A DNA stretch of 32,310 bases, taken from positions 1-32,310 of the forward strand of contig JBEKXM010000001.1 in NCBI GenBank assembly GCA_049512115.1, in the 5' to 3' direction. Below the pieces are notes generated by a model, which saw nothing but the letters and a program-made list of their open reading frames with translations, ran no database searches and was not told the origin of the DNA. Shown here in pieces: positions 1 through 7,905 of the stretch (its first letter is position 1; each line of letters begins with the position of its first letter). The position numbers and the translations under genes are program-made. The stretch comes from Tepidisphaeraceae bacterium (GTDB lineage Bacteria; Planctomycetota; Phycisphaerae; Tepidisphaerales; Tepidisphaeraceae).

Positions 1-1
1 G

Positions 2-394
2 CGATTCTTCCGCGCCCACGGCGCCGCCGACATCATTGGCATCGGCGGCAGCTTCAACGCTCAGGCTGTAGTACCCCGTGGACGGAAGCGATATCGATTG
101 GGAGAAGGTCCCATCGGCGCCGTTAAACTGGGAAGCATTGCGGTTGGTCTGGAGGAAGGCGACCTGCTTTCCATCCGGGGCGGCAGGCGCACCGAGACTG
201 CTCGGCGAGTTCACCACGCCGGACGTGGAGCTGAATGTCCACACCGATCCCGTGGGATCATAAGCGTAGCTGTTGGCAGGCTCGGTGGGAGATTCGCAGC
301 TGGCGTCGGCGACGATCGCCGCCAGCAATCGCCGCACTTCCAAACGCTCTAACGGCGCGGGCCACCGCCACGGCTGACCTACTTTGCGCTTCAT
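2..394 (-). CDS. secreted protein, N-terminal part (gene runs off the left edge)
   Basis: Absent from the ORF track, presumably because it is edge-truncated. My reverse-complement translation from ATG 394..392 gives MKRKVGQPWRWPAPLERLEVRRLLAAIVADASCESPTEPANSYAYDPTGSVWTFSS..., open to position 2. The LE-x-RRLL motif is typical of planctomycete-type extracellular proteins. It starts 23 nt after the pseudopilin stop on the same strand. Confidence 0.5.
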   Translation of the reverse strand, partial: MKRKVGQPWRWPAPLERLEVRRLLAAIVADASCESPTEPANSYAYDPTGSVWTFSSTSGVVNSPSSLGAPAAPDGKQVAFLQTNRNASQFNGADGTFSQSISLPSTGYYSLSVEAAADANDVGGAVGAEES

Positions 395-417
395 AAAGTA
401 CAACCTTGATTTTTGGA

Positions 418-1227
418 TCAGGGAGGCCCATATCCCTGTTTATAAAACTGGGTGTACTCTTCGATAGGGGCAGTGGATGTTGAGAATGACACACCAGAGG
501 GCAATTTCACGGTGGCAGGATATAGACCTGCCATGAACTCGGCATACGTGTGCGTCTCAACATGCCCATCGACATATCCAACGTTGACGCTGGCCTGCTT
601 CGTTCCCTGATAGTGAGGGTACTGGCCCGTCGTCCAATTGGAATAGATCTCGCAGTAATAGAGCATCGCAATTGCGGAAGAGGTAACGCGGCGGGTCCTA
701 TAGCCGCAGGCGTATGCCAAATTATAGCGATAATGCGTTGCTCCTGGTTGTTCCTCCAGCGACGACATTCCATAGTTCCCTGCCTGCAACGCAGGATCTC
801 GCCAGACGAGATTGACCGGGCCCTTATCATTCGGATTACCCGGACCGGCGCCGCTTGTATTTGGGTTGTAAGTGATCTGATAGGGCAGGTATGGGCCCAG
901 AAAGTCCTGAATGTAATCGTTGGTTGGATTAGTGTACGGATTGACGTTTGTAGCTGGATCCAGGTTCGGGTAGTCCTGCTGTATCTCCCAGTAGAAGTTG
1001 CGGGCGTTGGGAAAGGTCGTTCTGTTTTCGCCGACATACATCAGCGTGGCTTGAACAATCTGGCGGATGTTTGACTGACAGGCAACGAGTTGGCTTTGCG
1101 TGCGGGCTCGCTGGAGGGCCGGCAGCAAAATTGCGATGAGAATCGCGATGACCCCAATGACGACCAACAGCTCGACGAGCGTAAAACCCGCAACGGACTG
1201 TTGCCTCAGGCCAGCAGTTGGCTTCAT
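418..1227 (-). CDS. prepilin-type N-terminal cleavage/methylation domain protein (pseudopilin-like, H-X9-DG/DUF1559-like tail)
   Basis: ORF track 418..1344. I prefer the internal ATG at 1227: [38 protein letters not shown] is a classic G|FTLVELL prepilin signal plus hydrophobic helix. The C-terminal ...[14 protein letters not shown] is the tail seen in PVC pseudopilin-like families. Confidence 0.85.
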   Translation of the reverse strand: MKPTAGLRQQSVAGFTLVELLVVIGVIAILIAILLPALQRARTQSQLVACQSNIRQIVQATLMYVGENRTTFPNARNFYWEIQQDYPNLDPATNVNPYTNPTNDYIQDFLGPYLPYQITYNPNTSGAGPGNPNDKGPVNLVWRDPALQAGNYGMSSLEEQPGATHYRYNLAYACGYRTRRVTSSAIAMLYYCEIYSNWTTGQYPHYQGTKQASVNVGYVDGHVETHTYAEFMAGLYPATVKLPSGVSFSTSTAPIEEYTQFYKQGYGPP

Positions 1228-1483
1228 GACGATGTTCTCGCTTGCGGTAAAGGAAATGGCTATATCTACCGCGGTTTTAGCGTAACTCCGGCACGGAATG
1301 CCCGCCATTTCAATTAACGCCAATCCTTCTCCGTTTCGCGGCAATTAAGCGGGGCGGCAGGAAGCCAGAATTCCACCGAATCTTGCACCGAATCTCGCGC
1401 CTCCATCACCCCCACACCCATTAAATGCGTCAGATATTATCCTGAATGACATCCACCGGCGTCCAGCGGCGGCCCCGCGTATT

Positions 1484-1535
1484 CTGTCGCAAAACAGAGC
1501 AAGATTGCCGCGAAATGCTCATTGTGGATTTCCCG
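1484..1535 (+). promoter_or_regulatory. conserved upstream element, copy A (upstream of first PEP-CTERM paralog)
   Basis: ctgtcgcaaaacagagcaagattgccgcgaaatg...tggatttcccg aligns with 2644..2692 (ctgccgcaaaacggagcgagattggcgcaaaaag...tggattcaccgg). The surrounding intergenic DNA is much less similar. Confidence 0.35.
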
Positions 1536-1685
1536 TTCAAAGGTAACCTCCCGGCTGCGTCAGTTCATCAATGAGATTTGAGCCGTACCCCAGCGTTCGA
1601 AGGCGTTCGTGGCCATAACACGCCGCTGGGGCCGCGAATCAGAATCGAGGAACACACTAACTTGCGCGCAAGCGCCGGAGGGAAT

Positions 1686-2531
1686 ATGCGAGAAGATCGG
1701 AGAATGCTTCTGCTGGGAATCAACACCGCGCTATTAGGCGGCCTGGTTGGCGTCGCCCACGCATCATTGATTGCATCAGACGTCATAACGAATAATCCGC
1801 CTTACAGCGGCTACATCGATTTCAATGGACTCAACGGCGGTTTCGGGTTCGGACCGTGGAGCGCCACCAACGTCTCCGGCGCCACCGGCGGGGATTTCAC
1901 CTGGTTTAATACGCCCTTGACGAATCCAGGAAATGGAGGCGGTTTTGACATTTACGATAATGGAAGCCAAGGCGGCGGCTTAGTCACGGATGAGTTTGCG
2001 GCGATACGTCCGTTCACGGGCGCACTGGCCGCGAGTCAGGCTTTCTCGTTCAATGAACAGTTGAACAACGGCAGCAACCCAGGCAATGGCGGCCCATGCA
2101 ACCTTGGGTTTAGTCTCGAAGATTCAACCGGAAATGTACTTTTCGATTTTCATGTGCAGGGAGGCGGCCCCGGCTATCTTCTCACTGATGCGACCCAGAC
2201 CGCAGTGCCCGAAACGACCGTACCGTATAACTACCACGCAATCGATACCTTTAGCTTCGCTCTGAATAGCGTCGGCGCGACATCGGCGGCTTATACGTTT
2301 ACAGCCTCCGGCGGGAATGTGTCAGGCGGCTCGCAAACCTTTACAGGCACGATTTCCATGTTGACGGGCGGCATCACGCAGGCGGATATTTACAATAACA
2401 ACGGCGGCTACGGGAGCGATGTGCAGTTCGATAACCTGGCCATCACGAACGTGCCCGAGCCGGTTTCATTTGCCATGGTGGGTTTAGGCGCGCTAACGCT
2501 TCTAACTCGCCGTCGCGCCCGTTCGAGTTGA
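1686..2531 (+). CDS. PEP-CTERM sorting-domain protein, unnamed N-terminal domain (paralog 1)
   Basis: ORF track 1578..2531. ATG 1686 is preceded by GGAGG (1677-1681). Signal-like MREDRRMLLLGINTALLGGLVGVAHA. C-terminus NVPEPVSFAMVGLGALTLLTRRRARSS has the PEP motif, a TM helix and an Arg cluster. Confidence 0.85.
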   Translation: MREDRRMLLLGINTALLGGLVGVAHASLIASDVITNNPPYSGYIDFNGLNGGFGFGPWSATNVSGATGGDFTWFNTPLTNPGNGGGFDIYDNGSQGGGLVTDEFAAIRPFTGALAASQAFSFNEQLNNGSNPGNGGPCNLGFSLEDSTGNVLFDFHVQGGGPGYLLTDATQTAVPETTVPYNYHAIDTFSFALNSVGATSAAYTFTASGGNVSGGSQTFTGTISMLTGGITQADIYNNNGGYGSDVQFDNLAITNVPEPVSFAMVGLGALTLLTRRRARSS

Positions 2532-2562
2532 CCAAAGCGGGCGACATTACGCTCCCCTCGGT

Positions 2563-2604
2563 ACGTGCCGGTCGCCACCCGGCACGTGTTTATTTGTATG
2601 TTTT
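2563..2604 (+). terminator. rho-independent terminator after PEP-CTERM paralog 1
   Basis: Perfect 9-bp stem acgtgccgg (2563-2571) / ccggcacgt (2579-2587), 7-nt loop, then the T-rich run gtttatttgtatgtttt. It lies 32 nt after the stop codon. Confidence 0.6.
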
Positions 2605-2643
2605 CCCTCGAGACAAAGTGCGGTTTGGGGCGAATAAATCCTC

Positions 2644-2692
2644 CTGCCGCAAAACGGAGCGAGATTGGCGCAAAAAGACATGGATTCACCGG
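2644..2692 (+). promoter_or_regulatory. conserved upstream element, copy B (upstream of second PEP-CTERM paralog)
   Basis: See copy A at 1484..1535. Same orientation relative to the downstream gene. Confidence 0.35.
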
Positions 2693-2951
2693 TCTTCCGT
2701 AAGTTATCTTCTCCCTCGTTCAATTCAGTTCGCCCGACAAACAAAATTCGGGACCAAAGCCTTGGCTGCTGTTTCCGCCAAACGGGAATGGTTTCTGCGC
2801 GGCATGAGGAGCAGATTCGCGGAGGCTTGGTTGTGGTGCGGCGGAGAATGATACCCATTGGTTTTTTAACCTGACGTTTGGAGTGGAATTCTTGGCGCGC
2901 CAGTGTTCTGGCCACCGCATATCAGGATCCACGGCGGCAATCGGAGGATTT

Positions 2952-4904
2952 ATGCAACGGAAAATGAAGCGGTCGATGATCGTGAATGTTGCGGCGGTGA
3001 CCGTGGCATCTCTGGGGATTTCCACCTTGCACGCCGCGTCGAACGCGTCCGACAACGCATCCAATTCGCCCTATGTCGTCTTCAGCGCCTTTAGCGGTCA
3101 AAACGGCGGCACGGGTTTTGGACCTTGGACGGTCAACGTCACCGGCTCGGGCGGAGATTATATCAATAACGCGACTTATGATAATACTGGCGTAGTAACG
3201 ACCCCGAATTTCGACATCTGGAACGATACCAACGATGGCACCGGCGGCGGCACGTATGGAGTGGATGTGACCACGGCGATCCGTCCCTTCACGAGCGCAC
3301 TTTCGCCCGACCAGATCTTCAAGTTTTCCGACGTTCTGCATTACGCGAACCAAACGCAAGGCGGAGGCTCCGCCCTGGGATGGAGCCTGGAAGATTCCTC
3401 CGGCAACGCGCTCTTCGATTTCCATACCGCCGGCGGCGCCGCGGGCTATTTCCTTTCGGATGCCAACAACTCCGATACGCTGGAGACTACAGTTCCCTAC
3501 AACTACCAGGACGGCGACACATTCGCCTTTGAGCTAAATGACTCCTCGGGCGATTACACATTGACTGTCACCTGCGCGCCGACTGGAAATGTCACCGGCG
3601 GCTCGCAAACGTTCACGGGTCAGATTTCGATGGCCACCGGTGGCCCTTCCCAGGTTGCCATTTACAACAACAACGGCGAGGGAGGCAGTGACATCGAATT
3701 CAATACTCTCGCCATCACCAGCGTCGTGGCTCCTCAGCAGTGGATTTCGTCAAGCTCCGGCGATTGGAACAATGCATCGAACTGGAGCGGAGTGGTTCCC
3801 AACGCCGTGGGAGCTGAAGCCGATTTCTTCGCTGCAATCACTTCCAACCACACGGTGTTCACCGACCAGGCCGTCACCGTCGGAACGATTAATTTCAACA
3901 ACGCCAACACCTATGAAATCACCGGAACCGGTTCGCTGACGCTTCAGGCATCAAGCGGCAATGCCCAGGTGATCGTTCAGCAGGGAACACAAGAGATCAA
4001 TCTTCCAACCACCATCGCCAGCAACACGGTTTTCAATGTCGCCGCCGGCGCCAATCTGATCATTGGAAATCCATTGACGATCGATTCCGGGGATTCGCTG
4101 ACGCAAACCGGCTCGGGAACGGTGACCTATCAATCCATCATCACGGTGCAGAGTCTTGCCCTCATGACATTCGCGGATTTAACTCACGCGCATGAGCTGA
4201 ACCTGGCATCCAGCGCCACGGCGACGGTGTCAGCGCCCGTGCTGCAAGTGGATAGCCTCTCCAACCTCGGCACGGTGAATCTCCAGAATAATGAGATGAT
4301 CATCAATTACGGAAGCGGCTCCGACCCGATTTCGTCCATCAGGTCGCAAATCATCAGCGGCTACAACGGCGGGCACTGGAACGGACCGGGCATTATTTCC
4401 ACCACGGCGCAAACCAAGACTAATGGCTTGTCCTACGGCGTCGGCTATGCCGACGGGGCGGACAACAAGATCTCCGGCCTGTCGTCAGGCCAGATCGAAG
4501 TGGCCTACACGCTCCTTGGCGACGGCAATCTGGACGGCCTGGTCAACGCCGCCGACTTCACCATCCTGGCCGCGAACTTCAACCAGCCCGTCACCGGCTG
4601 GGACCAGGGCGATTTCAACTACGACGGCTTGGTCAACGCCGCCGACTTCACCGACCTGGCGGCGAACTTCAACCAGAGCGTCAGCGGCGCAACCGTGTCG
4701 GCCGGCGACGTGGCGGCATTGGACGCCTTCGCCGCCGCCAACGGATTGTCCTTGCTGGCGTCCAGCGTGCCCGAGCCAGCGAGCGCGGTGATGATGGCGA
4801 TGGCTGGATTGGGCATTCTGCGCCGGCGGCGACGATCATCGCGCCAAGCCAACGCGAAAGCCATGCGTGCCGGCGCCTTGCGATCGAGCGGCAGCACCAT
4901 CTGA
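2952..4904 (+). CDS. PEP-CTERM sorting-domain protein: paralogous N-terminal domain, beta-strand repeat region, two dockerin-like repeats (paralog 2)
   Basis: ORF track 2883..4904 (GTG). ATG 2952 is preceded by GGAGG (2943-2947). Signal MQRKMKRSMIVNVAAVTVASLGISTLHA. The N-terminal domain aligns with paralog 1 (GGxGFGPW, AIRPFTxAL, SLEDSxGNxLFDFH, ETTVPYNY, GGSQTFTGxISM, IYNNNG). Repeats GDGNLDGLVNAADFTILAANFNQ and GDFNYDGLVNAADFTDLAANFNQ. C-terminal SVPEPASAVMMAMAGLGILRRRRRSS plus an extra 20-aa tail. Confidence 0.85.
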   Translation: MQRKMKRSMIVNVAAVTVASLGISTLHAASNASDNASNSPYVVFSAFSGQNGGTGFGPWTVNVTGSGGDYINNATYDNTGVVTTPNFDIWNDTNDGTGGGTYGVDVTTAIRPFTSALSPDQIFKFSDVLHYANQTQGGGSALGWSLEDSSGNALFDFHTAGGAAGYFLSDANNSDTLETTVPYNYQDGDTFAFELNDSSGDYTLTVTCAPTGNVTGGSQTFTGQISMATGGPSQVAIYNNNGEGGSDIEFNTLAITSVVAPQQWISSSSGDWNNASNWSGVVPNAVGAEADFFAAITSNHTVFTDQAVTVGTINFNNANTYEITGTGSLTLQASSGNAQVIVQQGTQEINLPTTIASNTVFNVAAGANLIIGNPLTIDSGDSLTQTGSGTVTYQSIITVQSLALMTFADLTHAHELNLASSATATVSAPVLQVDSLSNLGTVNLQNNEMIINYGSGSDPISSIRSQIISGYNGGHWNGPGIISTTAQTKTNGLSYGVGYADGADNKISGLSSGQIEVAYTLLGDGNLDGLVNAADFTILAANFNQPVTGWDQGDFNYDGLVNAADFTDLAANFNQSVSGATVSAGDVAALDAFAAANGLSLLASSVPEPASAVMMAMAGLGILRRRRRSSRQANAKAMRAGALRSSGSTI

Positions 4905-4956
4905 CGTAACGTGGGGTGCGGTTCGTAAAGCGCTCACGTTTTGGGCAGTCGCGCGG
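4761..4956 (+). repeat. dispersed repeat copy 1 (PEP-CTERM-encoding 3' end plus 3' UTR of the 2952..4904 gene)
   Basis: About 190 bp aligns without indels through the coding part to 9721..9920, roughly 85-90% identical by eye. Confidence 0.8.
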
Positions 4957-5194
4957 CTCTTGAGGCAATTTTGGCGAGCGTTTTCCAACGCAAGAGTGCC
5001 CCGCGAATCGCTGTTTCCCCTAAATCAGGTGAAAATCACCATTCCTTTTTCAATACAATTCCTCTCTATTCATTGAACTTAGGCCAATATCTGCTATCGT
5101 CGCGTTCGTCATTTACGACATTTCAACTCCCATTTGCGGCTGACTGACGGTTTCTAAGCCAGCCGCAAGTGGATCGGGCTCGGGAGTGAGGGCG

Positions 5195-7321
5195 ATGGGA
5201 TTCAAAAAACGCCGATTGACCGCACCGCTGGCTTTGGCTTGCCTCGCCTATCCATCGTCACGTGCCCTCGCTGCCCCGTGGCAATGGACTGGGGCAGGAG
5301 CCAACAGCAATTGGAGCAACGCCCAGAACTGGTCCCCCGCCTCCGCCCCCGCCAACGACGGCAGCGCCGCCATCGTCATGACCGGCAACACCCGGACTTC
5401 CCCCAACGTTGACACTGCGTGGAGCATCAACTCGCTGACCTTCAACGCTCAATCCAGCAGCTTCACGCTGGGCGGCGCCACCCTCAGAGTCGGCTCCGGC
5501 GGCATCACCAATCTCGCCGGCGTCAATAGCGACCAGACGTTGAATCTCCCCGTCGTTCTCACGGCGAATCAAACCTGGGACACCGGAACCACATGGGCCA
5601 CGTACATCTCGGACCAGAGTACGCTGAACCTGAGCACCTTCGGCCTCACCATCACCGGCACCGGCGGCAGCAACCAGGAAGGCGGCTGCCTGCTCAACGG
5701 TGTTGTCTCGGGCTCGGGATCCATCACCGTCAACCTTACCAGCGGCGCGGCCCTGGCTATTTACGGCGCCAATACCTACACCGGCGGAACCGTCCTCGAC
5801 TCCGGTGAATTCTTCACCGATATGGATTCCAGCCTCGGCACCGCGACCAGCCCGATCACCTTTAACGGCGGTTTGCTCGAAGTGGGTGCTCCGTTCACCA
5901 TCCAGCAGCCCATTAGCGTGAACTCCGGCGGCGGGACCATCGACACCACACTGCCTCAAAATGAGTCTCTCACCATCTCTTCCAACATCCAGGGCTCCGG
6001 CACCTTGACCTTCGCCGGCAACGGCGGCGGAACGATCCAACTCACCGGCATTAACACCTACTCGGGCGGCACCATCAACAACCAAGCCACCCTCGTCGGA
6101 AACACCAGCTCCCTCCAGGGAAATATTTCCCTTAGAAACGTCTATTCCACCGTCGCCTTCGAGCAAAATGCGAACGGGACCTATGCCGGCAACATCAGCG
6201 GCGGCGGTGAGGTCACGATCAATGGATCGGCCATCATCGACTTCACGGGCAGCAATACCTACACCGGCGATACGCAGATGTACTCCGGTGTTCTTGAAGT
6301 GTCCCTCACCGGTTCGCAGCTTTCGCCAAACAGCCCAGTTGATTTCCTGGACGCCGCGAATAGTTCAGGTGGGCCGATTCTTCAAATCGTCGGCGGTGGA
6401 ACCTTCAACCGCCCCTTCTCGATGGTCGGTTTTGACGGCCCCGGCGGGTTTGCCGCTCGTAATGGCGAACTCTTCGTCAACCTCGGCGGCGCCGGTGGGC
6501 AATTCACCCTTAGCCCCCACAACAACCTCGTCTTCGGCTCACCCACCGCAAACTCCCCAACCGATTTTGAGAATGCCATCTATCTCGGCAGCGCGGAATC
6601 CAGCCCCGAGCCCGTCGTCGAAGTCGATTCCGGCGCCGGTGGCGATTACGCGATCATTTCCGGCGTCATCTCTGGCGCCAATTATTTCGCCAAAACCGGA
6701 ACCGGCCTGCTCGTCCTCTCCGCGTCCAACACCTACACCGGTCCCACTACCGTCGTCGCAGGAACTCTCGACGTCACCGGCTCGCTTGCCAAAACCTTCC
6801 TCTACGTCGACAACGGCGCATCCCTCGGCGGTTCCGGCTTCATCGCCGGCAGTGTCACCGTCCGCGGCAGCGCTACCAACGGCGGCTCCATCAACCTCGC
6901 CGACGCCTTCGCCGGCAATCTCACATTCTCCGATCCCAGCTCTTCCGACACCGTCCTGACAATCGGCGGCACAGCCGGAAACCCCTCGAACCTCGATTTC
7001 GAAGTCGGCTCCTCCTCCGACGCCATCGTCATCACCAACGGCAAGCTCACCATCAACCCTGGCGGCGCGATGATTTATGTCTTCCCCATGGCAAGCTTCG
7101 GCCCCGGCGTCTACGATCTCATCGATTTTCAACCCGGTCAGGCAACAGGACTCGCGAATCTATCCTTAGCCACCACAAGCTATGACGGATACACGATGAG
7201 CCTCGAACCAACTTCCACCGCCGAAGAACTCATCGTAATCCCAGAACCGACTACTCTCTGCATCATGACCATCGCCGCCTGCGGCCTGCTGGGGCGACGT
7301 AGAAAAAACGCTTCGGAATAA
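5195..7321 (+). CDS. autotransporter-associated beta-strand repeat protein with PEP-CTERM sorting signal
   Basis: ORF track 5186..7321 (GTG). ATG 5195 lies 8 nt after GGGAG. Signal MGFKKRRLTAPLALACLAYPSSRALA. Lead-in WQWTGAGANSNWSNAQNWS. Repeated G-x-NTYTGGT / GTLxV units (GANTYTGGTVLDSG, GINTYSGGTINN, GSNTYTGDTQMYSGVLEV, SNTYTGPTTVVAGTLDV). C-terminus VIPEPTTLCIMTIAACGLLGRRRKNASE. Confidence 0.85.
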   Translation: MGFKKRRLTAPLALACLAYPSSRALAAPWQWTGAGANSNWSNAQNWSPASAPANDGSAAIVMTGNTRTSPNVDTAWSINSLTFNAQSSSFTLGGATLRVGSGGITNLAGVNSDQTLNLPVVLTANQTWDTGTTWATYISDQSTLNLSTFGLTITGTGGSNQEGGCLLNGVVSGSGSITVNLTSGAALAIYGANTYTGGTVLDSGEFFTDMDSSLGTATSPITFNGGLLEVGAPFTIQQPISVNSGGGTIDTTLPQNESLTISSNIQGSGTLTFAGNGGGTIQLTGINTYSGGTINNQATLVGNTSSLQGNISLRNVYSTVAFEQNANGTYAGNISGGGEVTINGSAIIDFTGSNTYTGDTQMYSGVLEVSLTGSQLSPNSPVDFLDAANSSGGPILQIVGGGTFNRPFSMVGFDGPGGFAARNGELFVNLGGAGGQFTLSPHNNLVFGSPTANSPTDFENAIYLGSAESSPEPVVEVDSGAGGDYAIISGVISGANYFAKTGTGLLVLSASNTYTGPTTVVAGTLDVTGSLAKTFLYVDNGASLGGSGFIAGSVTVRGSATNGGSINLADAFAGNLTFSDPSSSDTVLTIGGTAGNPSNLDFEVGSSSDAIVITNGKLTINPGGAMIYVFPMASFGPGVYDLIDFQPGQATGLANLSLATTSYDGYTMSLEPTSTAEELIVIPEPTTLCIMTIAACGLLGRRRKNASE

Positions 7322-7905
7322 GATCCGAATGCGCCTTTTCAAAAACGATCCGCCGGCCGAAGGTCTTTTCGATATCCAGGAGCGTTGCGAGGGGCATTTT
7401 TGTAAGCGATAGACCTACCCTGACGCATCGCAACTCTGCTGTTTCCACACATCCGGCAGCCACCGCTCAATCTGGCTGATCGGCGTCACCGGCAGGTTTG
7501 TCAGCAACTGCGTCAGTAACGTTGAGGATCGATGTTGTGCCGGCGGCACGTGCTTGTCCGTCTGGAAGGGATCGCCGCAGTCTGGCGGACACGGTGTCCA
7601 CGGTCGCGCGTGATCCCAATAATGCCAATGGCGTCACTCGTGTCGTAAGCCCTCGACGCAGGCTTATGGACGATGACCACAAATACACCGGCAATTTCCA
7701 ACCCCCGACAAGTGGCGGCTGGGCGGACGAACCAGTCGAAACAGGCGCCCTTGGGTGATGACGCCCGCCAATGCTTTTGCCAAGCAGCCTTACGAACGCA
7801 GCCTCGGCGTTTCTCCACCGGGCCCAGGACGGAAGCCGGTAATAGATAGGAGTACAGTCGGCATATCGCTCGCCGAAATGGTCTCCTCTCGCGCACCCGC
7901 AATCC

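Noticed and set aside
5258-6166. 302-aa minus-strand ORF antisense to the beta-strand-repeat PEP-CTERM gene, plus alternative-frame ORFs at 6168..6959 and 6539..7132
   Set aside because: Gly/Ala/Pro-rich shadows of the repeat-rich plus-strand gene. Only the plus frame has signal peptide, repeats and PEP-CTERM architecture.
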